Source of the DNA: an uncultured Poribacteria bacterium | GTDB taxonomy: Bacteria; Poribacteria; WGA-4E; WGA-3G | Direction of reading: 5' to 3' | Assembly (NCBI GenBank): GCA_958296135.2 | Contig: CATQHZ020000001.1 | Coordinates: 2,688,001 to 2,752,000, forward strand | DNA: 64,000 nt | Part shown: in pieces, positions 28,821-37,102 of the stretch | Layout of the letters: every line of letters begins with the position of its first letter | Numbering within the stretch: the stretch's first letter is position 1 | Made by a program: the position numbers and the translations under genes | Notes under the pieces: model-generated | Databases searched by the model: none | Told to the model about the DNA's origin: nothing | What the model saw: the letters and a program-made list of their open reading frames with translations, nothing else

Positions 28821-30752
28821 ATGCACACACACGAGAACGCTCGCGACACAAAAACCGACAGCGCGCCCACTATCTTCCGCACCGTCACTGCCACGGAGCA
28901 TGGACGGATCGGTGAATTGCACTTTCGCGCGGGAAACAGAAAATTGGAAACGCCGGTTCTCTACCCGGTCATCAATTTCCTCACCGGGACAAGCGCGCGC
29001 GGCGGCGGCGTTTGGAAATACATCCTCCGCAATTTCATGCAACACGATACCCCAACGCTATCCCAGGTCTTGCACTTTCTAGATTTCAACTTCACTGGGA
29101 AGTATCTCGCAAATTGGCGAAAAAAGTCGATGCGGGAGCATTACCTCGAACAGAACGGCGATTACCAAGGCGTGCTCTTTTTGGATTCGGGCGGCTTCAA
29201 ACTCCTTTACAACACGGGGTTGGATTTATCCGAATTTGGCATCCACAAAGAAACAGAGGCGGACGATATTCTCGCCATACAACTCGATTTTGATGGCGAT
29301 ATCGTCGCGTCGTTAGACTATCCTATCCCGCCGAATTTGGCGCGCGCTGAAGCAATACAACGGATGGAGAAGAGTTTTGCCAACGCCCGCCGCGTTGCGC
29401 AACAGTTGAGCGGCAAAACGGATATGCCCTACTTTTACGTTTGTTGTCACGGGCAATCCGGGCGAGATATTCAAGGCTACGTCCACAATGTCTTTGAGCA
29501 GATTGGCGAGTTGCTGCCCTCTTTTGGGTTGGCGGTCGGTTCTCTTGTCCCGTTGCGCGGCAAAAACGATTGGGCCGTCATGGAACTTCTCAACGGCGTA
29601 GTGGAGACACTCCCCGCGGCCCGGCGAGATAGCACACCGATTCACGCGTTCGGCGTGTCCGGTATGCTGACGCCTATCCTCGCTTATATCGGGGTGGACA
29701 GTTTTGACAGTTCGTCTTACGTCCAAGCCTCGCGAAGCCTCGCCTATTCGCACCCTGAAACGCTCAAGAAACTGAAGATTATGGAGATGGACGCGCTCAC
29801 TTGTGAGTGTTACATCTGCCAAGCTATCACGCTTGATGAAATCCAGCAGGGGTTCATGGAGGAGAAGAGTTATCAAGCCACCTCAACCGGCAAGTTTAAA
29901 AGCGAATACTACGCACTCCTCTCACTCCACAATTTTGAAATGGAGACGCGGCTGCTAACAGCCATGCGCGAGGCAATTCAGGCTGACGACGCGATTGAGG
30001 GGTTAACGCGACATATCGGAAAATTCCAACGCAACCGCGGCATCCGGGATGCCGTAGAATGGCTTTCCGCGAAAGATTTTGACGTGGCCACCCGGCTGAC
30101 CCGGACCTTGGTGCACATACCGATGGCCGCTGAGAAGTCAACTCGGAACCCAAATCAGTTGGAACTTTTCCCTTATGATACCTCGGAAAGTTCAACGACA
30201 CTCCTCCATGAGGACGAAACGCCGACTATCTCGCTTAACTATACGCCAGAAGATTTTCGCGTGCCAGCGGATTATCAGCCTCCGGCGGGAGTAGACATGC
30301 TGTTGGTAATCCCGTGCGCCGGACAGAAGCCGTATTCGCTTTCACGCACCCACACGTTGATGGCGAAAAAACTGCAGGAGGCATTCCCTGAAAAACATCA
30401 GCGGATTCACAAAGTCACGCTCTCCGGACTCTACGGCCCCGTCCCCGAAGAGTTTGAGGAAGAGGAAGCACTCGTTCGCTACGATTTCCAACTCGCAGCG
30501 CAGAACACCGCGCAGATACAACTCTGTGCGACGCGCCTCATTGACTATCTCCAAAAATATGGAGAGCAGTACGTCTTTACTGTCGGATATGCCACGAGCA
30601 AGGCTTACCGTGAAGTGCTTGCTATCGCCGAAAGCCGGTGCTCAAACTTCGTTTTGATGCCGAAAGTGCTCAAGCAGAAACGCTTGTCTGAATTCTTTCG
30701 GCACGTGCATTTAAACGCCTTGGTTGAGGAAGTCCAGAAAAAATTGGAATAG
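28821..30752 (+). CDS. TGT-superfamily transglycosylase fused to an ArcS-type (DUF5591-like) domain
   Basis: RIGEL...ETP, FLDSGGF, SLDYP, AVGSLVP, IHAFG, GVDSFDSSSY, Zn site CECYIC...HN; C-terminal PCAGQKPYSLSRTH and GPVPEEFE. Confidence 0.85.
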   Translation: MHTHENARDTKTDSAPTIFRTVTATEHGRIGELHFRAGNRKLETPVLYPVINFLTGTSARGGGVWKYILRNFMQHDTPTLSQVLHFLDFNFTGKYLANWRKKSMREHYLEQNGDYQGVLFLDSGGFKLLYNTGLDLSEFGIHKETEADDILAIQLDFDGDIVASLDYPIPPNLARAEAIQRMEKSFANARRVAQQLSGKTDMPYFYVCCHGQSGRDIQGYVHNVFEQIGELLPSFGLAVGSLVPLRGKNDWAVMELLNGVVETLPAARRDSTPIHAFGVSGMLTPILAYIGVDSFDSSSYVQASRSLAYSHPETLKKLKIMEMDALTCECYICQAITLDEIQQGFMEEKSYQATSTGKFKSEYYALLSLHNFEMETRLLTAMREAIQADDAIEGLTRHIGKFQRNRGIRDAVEWLSAKDFDVATRLTRTLVHIPMAAEKSTRNPNQLELFPYDTSESSTTLLHEDETPTISLNYTPEDFRVPADYQPPAGVDMLLVIPCAGQKPYSLSRTHTLMAKKLQEAFPEKHQRIHKVTLSGLYGPVPEEFEEEEALVRYDFQLAAQNTAQIQLCATRLIDYLQKYGEQYVFTVGYATSKAYREVLAIAESRCSNFVLMPKVLKQKRLSEFFRHVHLNALVEEVQKKLE

Positions 30753-30759
30753 GAAAAGC

Positions 30760-31929
30760 ATGAATAGCTACTTTTTACCGCCACGCATTGAATGTGGCAA
30801 CGGGGCAATCAAAGACTTGGCGGCGCATGTTGAACACCTCGGCGGGCGAAAACCGCTCGTGGTGAGCGATGCCGGTGTCCGCAGCGCGGGCATCCTCGCG
30901 AGAGCCATCGCGCCGTTGGAAGATGCCAATATCCCTTATGCCGACTATACTGAAATCGAACCGAATCCGACAGACATCAGCACGGAAAAAGGCGCAGCGT
31001 TGTGGCAAACGGCGGAATGCGATGTCATCGTCGCCATCGGCGGCGGCAGTGTGATGGATGCAGCGAAAGCCATCCGCATCTTGACGACGCATGAACCGCC
31101 GTTGGAGCCTTACTACGTCGATGTCGGCGGCAGGGAACGCATCCGCGATGACATGCCGCCCCTGATTTGTGTCCCGACGACAGCTGGCACTGGCAGCGAA
31201 GTCTCGCAAGGCGCAATTATCACCGATACATCGCAAAACACGACGGATAGATGGCGAAAGCGCGCAATCGTCACGCCGCTGAATATGTCGAACATCGCGC
31301 TCCTCGACCCGAGGTTAACGGTAGGAATGCCGATGCCGCTCACCGCCGCCACCGGCATGGATGCCATCACGCACGGGATTGAAGCGTATGTTGCCACGAG
31401 ATACCACCCTATCTCCGAAGGTGTCGCATTGCAGGCACTGAAGATGCTCGGCGCAAATATCCGACAAGCGTATCACCACGGCGACGATGTCGCAGCGAGA
31501 GGCGAAATGTTGCTCGGCGCAAGCATGGGCGCGTTTGCCTTTCAGAAAGGACTCGGGGCTGTCCACTCAATCGCGCATCAGTTGTCCACTGAAGCACCCA
31601 TACCGCACGGTGTCGCCAACGCGATACTGTTGCCACCGGTGATGGAATTTAACTTCTCTCATGCCGTGGACAAATACGCCGAGGTTGCCGATGTGTTAGG
31701 CGTAGACACTACCGGCATGTCTATAGAAGCAGCGGCGCGCGCCGCTATTGATGACATCCGCGCACTGAACGAGGAATTACGGATGCCAGCAGGGCTCGGT
31801 GCCTGCGGTTTAGCACGCGAAATGCTCCCCAAACTCGCCGCTGATTCTATGCTGGACCACTGCTACAAATCCAATCCGCGCCCCTGCACCGAAGACGATA
31901 TGTTGGCGTTGCTGGAAGCAGCGTTCTAA
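30760..31929 (+). CDS. Iron-containing alcohol dehydrogenase
   Basis: GGGSVMDAAK, PTTAGTGSE, GMDAITHGIEAY, HSIAH, HGVAN. Confidence 0.92.
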   Translation: MNSYFLPPRIECGNGAIKDLAAHVEHLGGRKPLVVSDAGVRSAGILARAIAPLEDANIPYADYTEIEPNPTDISTEKGAALWQTAECDVIVAIGGGSVMDAAKAIRILTTHEPPLEPYYVDVGGRERIRDDMPPLICVPTTAGTGSEVSQGAIITDTSQNTTDRWRKRAIVTPLNMSNIALLDPRLTVGMPMPLTAATGMDAITHGIEAYVATRYHPISEGVALQALKMLGANIRQAYHHGDDVAARGEMLLGASMGAFAFQKGLGAVHSIAHQLSTEAPIPHGVANAILLPPVMEFNFSHAVDKYAEVADVLGVDTTGMSIEAAARAAIDDIRALNEELRMPAGLGACGLAREMLPKLAADSMLDHCYKSNPRPCTEDDMLALLEAAF

Positions 31930-31935
31930 TAAAAC

Positions 31936-32018
31936 AGGCCTTACGCAAACTCCTAAAACACCTGGCCGGTAGACGCATTTTGTAAGCGCGTCTACGGGAT
32001 TTGTTCCGTGTAAGGCCT
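31936..32018. repeat. Nested inverted repeat: AGGCCTTAC/GTAAGGCCT flanking a family A REP palindrome (31969-31995)
   Basis: Read directly from the sequence. Confidence 0.65.
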
Positions 32019-32031
32019 ATTAAAAAAAGGG

Positions 32032-32060
32032 TTGCTTTTTTAGCGATTTTGCGGTATAAT
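32032..32060 (+). promoter_or_regulatory. Sigma70 promoter upstream of the glnD-like gene
   Basis: TTGCTT-17-TATAAT. Confidence 0.7.
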
Positions 32061-32238
32061 AATTGTGTTCATGACAGACCCAAAATCCGCTAGAGGCCGC
32101 TAGAGGCAGTTGCAGCAAACTGGGTATAACCCGCCGCTTGCGACACCGTAGCGCGAGGGAACGAGAAGACCTGGCCCTCGCAAAGTTTCATCGTCATCAG
32201 AACCACTTATTGGAAATCCTGCAAACCCGTGATTGAAA

Positions 32239-34971
32239 ATGGAAAACCGAATTAACTCATACGTTCCAGACTTGAACGTCCCTTTTAACGAGTTGCAAAA
32301 ACAACTTACCGCTTTCATCCAAGACGAACGGGCGCAGCTCAAAACCTGCATCCTCAAAGGTGAAAGCGGGCTTGCCGCATGTACCCAGCATACGCAGATG
32401 TGGGACATGGTCCTCCAGAAAGTTTACAACGGCGCCTTTCATCAAATCCAGACCGAGTTTGTTAACCAGATCGAAGAGCTCGCCAAACTCGGCGATAGCG
32501 AGATAGCCGAACTGCTGTCAGATCTGACGGGGCCTTGGACCCCTGATATTGCTCTATACGCTGTCGGCAGCTACGGACGGCAGGAACTCTGCTACTATTC
32601 AGATCTGGACGTTGTCTACACTTCCGCCGTAGACCTCGAGGAAGTCTACGATGAACGAACGCTGGAGCTCATCCGCTGGTTCTACGATTTCTTTGATAGC
32701 CTCCACTCTGTCATTCCGGGATTTGAATTTAGTTTCATCTACCGGCCGATAAGCGAAATTCATCAGTGGAACTATCAGGACATGACCGCGCTCATCGATA
32801 TGCGGTTCATCGCCGGGGACGCTATTCTCACCGACCGGTTTAAGCAAGCGGTGCAGGAAGAAAAATGTGACATTTCTCTTGTCCTTGACCTGCTGAAATC
32901 GCGGGAGAGCACATTGCAGACAGCCGATGACACGATTTACCTGAACCAGCCGAACATCAAGACAGGACGCGGCGGATTGCGAACCCTCCAGTATGCACTT
33001 TGGATGTATGGCCTCGCTGGATTCACGCCGATCACCGAACTCTATAAACGTTTTCATGATGACGAACTGGAGCCCGCGCTCGATTTTGTCCTGAAAGCGC
33101 GGAACCTGCTCCACGTTTTTGCCAATGAAGAGCACGATGTACTGTCCTATGAACCCGAAACCGGCGACCGGATGCAAGCCCGGGTCGCCGCTGCGTTAGG
33201 ATATGCTGGCGAAATAGCAGCAGACCCGGACGAACCCCCCGATGAATGTCGGTACGCATTTATGGCAGATTACTACGCGAAAGCAAAGTATTTGCACTTC
33301 AAAGCGGAACTGTTGATTCGGCGGCTCCTCGCCAACGGCATTCCGTTCTCGGAAGTCCTCGGCGTTCGCAGAGATCTACTTTACTGCATCGATAATAACT
33401 TCGGCGAATTGGATATCGACGAACTGTTTGAGTTGTTCGCCTACTTCCAGCAATATGATTTTGAAATTGATGCCTCGCTTTCCAGCTTCATTTTCTCCTA
33501 CATTGCCGCGTTTGACCTGGACCGGTTCCGGAACCGGATGGCAGAGTTGATGAACCTGCCGGGCGATGTGGAAAAGAGTTTAACCCGGTTGCACCGGCTC
33601 GGCATTCTCGCGCGGCTTGGGGAAGGCGGGAAACGGTTTGAACAGGCGATGCTCACGCGCAGCGAACGCAGTCAAGACCCTTACACTGTCGGCAAGCACA
33701 CGCTTGTTGCGATAGGGTATCTCGATGAAATCCGCCAAACGGAGACGAGTAGCCCCTTTGGTGGCGCGCGCCAAGGGTGGGCAGCACCAGGCCCATCGGC
33801 ATCGCCCGCGAACACTGAGTTAGAGGAACTGAACACCGTTTTCAAGTCACTCTCGGACGCAGGTCTGCTTTACATGGCACTCTTTCTGCACGATATTGAT
33901 AAACCCGATCCGCGGCATCCGGAAACAGGCGCGGAGAAGGCGAAACGTATCGCCCCCGAATTCGGGTTCAACGCGCAGCAGACAGATGAAATCTGCTTCC
34001 TCATTCGGGAACACCTTGCTATGATTTCCCTCGCGCGCTATCATCAGTGGGAGGAAAGCACCATCGCCGAGTTTTGCCAAAAGGTCAACACGCTGGAGCG
34101 TTTGTCCGCGCTCTATCTGCTCACTTACTGCGATTCTAAAGCGAACGGGCCGCAAAACTTCAACAATCTCGTCAAGCATAACCTGAAGCGGTTGTATGAA
34201 GTCGTCCGGAGCCGCTATGTGGGACAAGAGGAGGCGCAGTGGGGTGCCTACGCGCCGCCGGAAGAGTTCCAGCAGTTCTTGCAGCAGATGCCTGTCTCCT
34301 ATCGCATCAGTCTCGCCCCCGAAGAGATTGCGATGCACATGAAGATGGTGGCACAGGCAGAATCAGGTAAGACACCGGAGTCGGAAACGGACGCGAGCAC
34401 CGCTATCATCCAATTTGTCGATGAGCCCGGCTTTACGGAGTTGCATCTATGTGGGAGGAAGCGCATCGGCAGGTTGTACACGGTGAGTGGGCTGTTTTTT
34501 GCGAATAACATTGATGTCCGCGACGCACGCGTCTACCCCAAACAAGACACGGCGATAGAATTGGAAATCTACCGGCTGGTGCATCAGCCGCCGCATCTGC
34601 GCGGGGAACCGATGCCGCTGGATGAGGAAATGAAGCGCAACCTCGATTTTGACATCCGAACCCTCTTGGCACAGGAAGTCACGCTGGAGCAGATTTTCGA
34701 GCGGCACTACGTGAGCCCAACTGGCACGTGGCGGGTTGACGATGTGCGCGTGGAAATGGCGCGAAGTTACACCGAAATCGTCGTCAAAGCCGAGGAAAAG
34801 TTGGGATTTCTCCACTATTTTAGCGGCATCCTCGCAAAACTGGGGCTGAATGTTGATATGTGCAAGTGCTCCGCCCTCGGTGGGCAAGCCGTTGATCGGT
34901 TTTACGTTCAACCGGTCGCGGATACCCGCACCCTGCACGAGCAAATCCTTGCGGAATTACAAGAGGAATAA
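32239..34971 (+). CDS. glnD: GlnD-like PII uridylyltransferase/uridylyl-removing enzyme (divergent)
   Basis: AVGSYGR.EL..YSDLDV NTase motif, PNIKTGRGGLR, HD domain (YTVGKH...LHDI), two ACT-like C-terminal domains. Confidence 0.8.
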   Translation: MENRINSYVPDLNVPFNELQKQLTAFIQDERAQLKTCILKGESGLAACTQHTQMWDMVLQKVYNGAFHQIQTEFVNQIEELAKLGDSEIAELLSDLTGPWTPDIALYAVGSYGRQELCYYSDLDVVYTSAVDLEEVYDERTLELIRWFYDFFDSLHSVIPGFEFSFIYRPISEIHQWNYQDMTALIDMRFIAGDAILTDRFKQAVQEEKCDISLVLDLLKSRESTLQTADDTIYLNQPNIKTGRGGLRTLQYALWMYGLAGFTPITELYKRFHDDELEPALDFVLKARNLLHVFANEEHDVLSYEPETGDRMQARVAAALGYAGEIAADPDEPPDECRYAFMADYYAKAKYLHFKAELLIRRLLANGIPFSEVLGVRRDLLYCIDNNFGELDIDELFELFAYFQQYDFEIDASLSSFIFSYIAAFDLDRFRNRMAELMNLPGDVEKSLTRLHRLGILARLGEGGKRFEQAMLTRSERSQDPYTVGKHTLVAIGYLDEIRQTETSSPFGGARQGWAAPGPSASPANTELEELNTVFKSLSDAGLLYMALFLHDIDKPDPRHPETGAEKAKRIAPEFGFNAQQTDEICFLIREHLAMISLARYHQWEESTIAEFCQKVNTLERLSALYLLTYCDSKANGPQNFNNLVKHNLKRLYEVVRSRYVGQEEAQWGAYAPPEEFQQFLQQMPVSYRISLAPEEIAMHMKMVAQAESGKTPESETDASTAIIQFVDEPGFTELHLCGRKRIGRLYTVSGLFFANNIDVRDARVYPKQDTAIELEIYRLVHQPPHLRGEPMPLDEEMKRNLDFDIRTLLAQEVTLEQIFERHYVSPTGTWRVDDVRVEMARSYTEIVVKAEEKLGFLHYFSGILAKLGLNVDMCKCSALGGQAVDRFYVQPVADTRTLHEQILAELQEE

Positions 34972-34974
34972 GAA

Positions 34975-35556
34975 ATGAATGCACTTGAAACTTCGCAATT
35001 CGTTCCAGAAAAACTTCCGCCTAGCCTGCCAGGCGAAAATGTCACCATGACGTTGGAGGAATTCCTTGCCAGCGATTTAGAAGGATACGAATACGTTAAA
35101 GGAGAATTAGTCCCAATGCCACCCACTTCAATGGAACATGGCGAGATTAGCACCAACGTTGATTGGTACCTGCAATCGCATGTGCGTGCGAATCAGTTGG
35201 GGCGTATCTATACCTCCGACACGGCGTTTCAAGTAGGCGAACGCATGCTAATCCCCGATGTGGCGTTTTTGTCAAATGCAAAAATGCCCGATGACCTGAG
35301 CAAGGCGTTCCCGATTCCGCCGAACCTCGCGGTTGAAGTGGCTTCTCCATCGGACGTGCTGGCACGCGTCGCCGAAAAAGCACTCACCTACTTGCAGGCA
35401 GGCACGCAACTCGTCTGGGTGATTGAACCGGTCGCGCAAATGGTGCTAGTTTACCGCTCCGAAACAGATATCAAGGTGCTCACGCGCAACGACACCCTCA
35501 CCGGTGAGGATGTCGTTGAAGGTTTCGCTTGTAAGGTGGCGCAACTTTTTGAATAG
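34975..35556 (+). CDS. Uma2 (DUF820) family endonuclease
   Basis: YEYVKGELV, PDVAF, P.LAVEVASPSD, YLQAGTQLVWVIEP. Confidence 0.9.
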   Translation: MNALETSQFVPEKLPPSLPGENVTMTLEEFLASDLEGYEYVKGELVPMPPTSMEHGEISTNVDWYLQSHVRANQLGRIYTSDTAFQVGERMLIPDVAFLSNAKMPDDLSKAFPIPPNLAVEVASPSDVLARVAEKALTYLQAGTQLVWVIEPVAQMVLVYRSETDIKVLTRNDTLTGEDVVEGFACKVAQLFE

Positions 35557-35569
35557 CAGGGTAGAAATT

Positions 35570-36331
35570 ATGAAGCAACGTGTCCTCATCACAGGCGCAG
35601 CCGGCAAAGTTGGCTCCGCGCTCTGGCAAGCATGGGAAAGACAGGATACCTACACGCTCACTTTGATGGACATCAACCCGATTGAAGGAGCGATGTCCCG
35701 CGTGGAACAGGCAGATATGCGTGACTACGTCGCCATGAAGAAATTGTGCCAAGCACAAGATGTCCTCGTGCATCTCGCTTATGTGCGCCAAGAGTCACTT
35801 GGAAAGGTGCCGTGTGAAGTCAGCGACATCGGTGCATCGATGACGTTGTTTGAAGCGGCGCGAGAGGGCGGCGTTCAGAAAATCGTCTACGCCAGCACCA
35901 ATCATGTCTCCGGCTGGAATGAGCGGTTGAGTTCGCCGCCGAGGTTCTCCACCGGTGCCCAGTTTCGCCCGGATGGCTGGTATGGCGCAATGAAAGGCAT
36001 GGCGGAAATCGCCGGCCGCTACCTCGTTGACGCGCACGGGATGCGGTTCATTAGCATCCGCATCGGCAGTTTTAACGGCACTTCGGAACCGAGCGGTATC
36101 CGCCACTGCAGCACCCTCCTCACACCGCGTGATTGTGTGCAACTCTTCGGGCTCGCAGTGGATTACGAAGGTCCGGTGAAATACCTGATTACCTACGGCC
36201 GCTCCGCGAATTCGGATGGGTATCAGCAGAGTTATCTTGATATCAGCGGCGCAGTTGAGGTGTTAGGCTATCAGCCGCAAGACAACCTAGTCAAGACGCA
36301 TCTGCACAAGTTTTTGAACAGCGAATTATGA
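35570..36331 (+). CDS. NAD-dependent epimerase/dehydratase (uronate dehydrogenase-like SDR)
   Basis: LITGAAGKVG, YASTNH, YGAMK, IRIGS. Confidence 0.85.
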   Translation: MKQRVLITGAAGKVGSALWQAWERQDTYTLTLMDINPIEGAMSRVEQADMRDYVAMKKLCQAQDVLVHLAYVRQESLGKVPCEVSDIGASMTLFEAAREGGVQKIVYASTNHVSGWNERLSSPPRFSTGAQFRPDGWYGAMKGMAEIAGRYLVDAHGMRFISIRIGSFNGTSEPSGIRHCSTLLTPRDCVQLFGLAVDYEGPVKYLITYGRSANSDGYQQSYLDISGAVEVLGYQPQDNLVKTHLHKFLNSEL

Positions 36332-37098
36332 ACGAAGAACCGCGCTACAACCACATCTATTATCAATCCACGACGGTTCACTCTCAACTCATTGACATCG
36401 TCGGTGAGACAGCAACCGCGCTCAGCGAGGTGCAAGCCCCGATTGACTGGCACGCACTTTTCGGGAACGCGTGCCCGGTAGAAATTGAGATTGGCAGCGG
36501 CAAAGGGAGGTTCCTCCTAGAGGTATCAAAGCAGCACCCTGCGATTAACTACATCGGCATCGAACGCGCGCAAAAATATGTGGAACTGACGCGGGAACGG
36601 TTCCAGAAATACATGCGGCATAATGAGGCATCCTTGCATTTAGCCAAGGCACCCCCCGCGCCAGCCAATACGCAGCCAAACACACCCTGCCAGCGAACAC
36701 TGGGTGCCGATACCCCAAAATTCACGAATGTCCGCCTCGTATGGACAGATGCCACTTACTTTTTAACACGGTATGTGCCAACCGAATCTGTGCAGGCATA
36801 TCACATTTATTTTCCAGACCCGTGGCCGAAAAAGCGGCAACGAAAACGGCGAATTTTTCGGAATCAGGATTTCCTAGCTGCGCTGGCACGAACCTTGAGT
36901 GCAGGTGGCAAACTCTACGTTGTGACAGATTACGCGGAATATTTCGCCGAACTCCAAGAACGGATTTCACAACAATCGCCGTTGCAACGTGTAACGCTGG
37001 AGCTGCCGCCTGAGGAACACCACATTCCTACCAACTTTGAACTGAAGTATCTCGCGGAAGGCAGACAGATTTATCGGGCGGTTTACGAGAAGAGGTGA
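36328..37098 (+). CDS. trmB: tRNA (guanine-N7)-methyltransferase
   Basis: EIEIGSGKGRF, YFPDPWPKKR..KRR, TD, TNFELKY. Confidence 0.92.
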   Translation: MNEEPRYNHIYYQSTTVHSQLIDIVGETATALSEVQAPIDWHALFGNACPVEIEIGSGKGRFLLEVSKQHPAINYIGIERAQKYVELTRERFQKYMRHNEASLHLAKAPPAPANTQPNTPCQRTLGADTPKFTNVRLVWTDATYFLTRYVPTESVQAYHIYFPDPWPKKRQRKRRIFRNQDFLAALARTLSAGGKLYVVTDYAEYFAELQERISQQSPLQRVTLELPPEEHHIPTNFELKYLAEGRQIYRAVYEKR

Positions 37099-37102
37099 GC
37101 AG

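Noticed and set aside
19226-30752. Assignment to Dpd, DISARM, BREX or CBASS type IV
   Set aside because: Defining partners (DpdB/C, DrmA/B, PglZ/BrxC, CD-NTase/QueC) are not recognisable in the window.
28821-30752. Housekeeping queuine tRNA-ribosyltransferase (tgt)
   Set aside because: It lacks bacterial TGT hallmarks such as MPVGT, NTYHL and GGLSVG, is 643 aa long and carries an extra ArcS-like domain.
32061-32230. Riboswitch or leader peptide upstream of the glnD-like gene
   Set aside because: No known motif recognised; it contains a 10-bp tandem duplication (CCGCTAGAGG) and a REP unit only.
34989-35002. ACTTCGCAATTCG shared between the Uma2 5' end and the hicA-flanking repeat
   Set aside because: A 13-bp match is too short to support homology without a genome-wide search.
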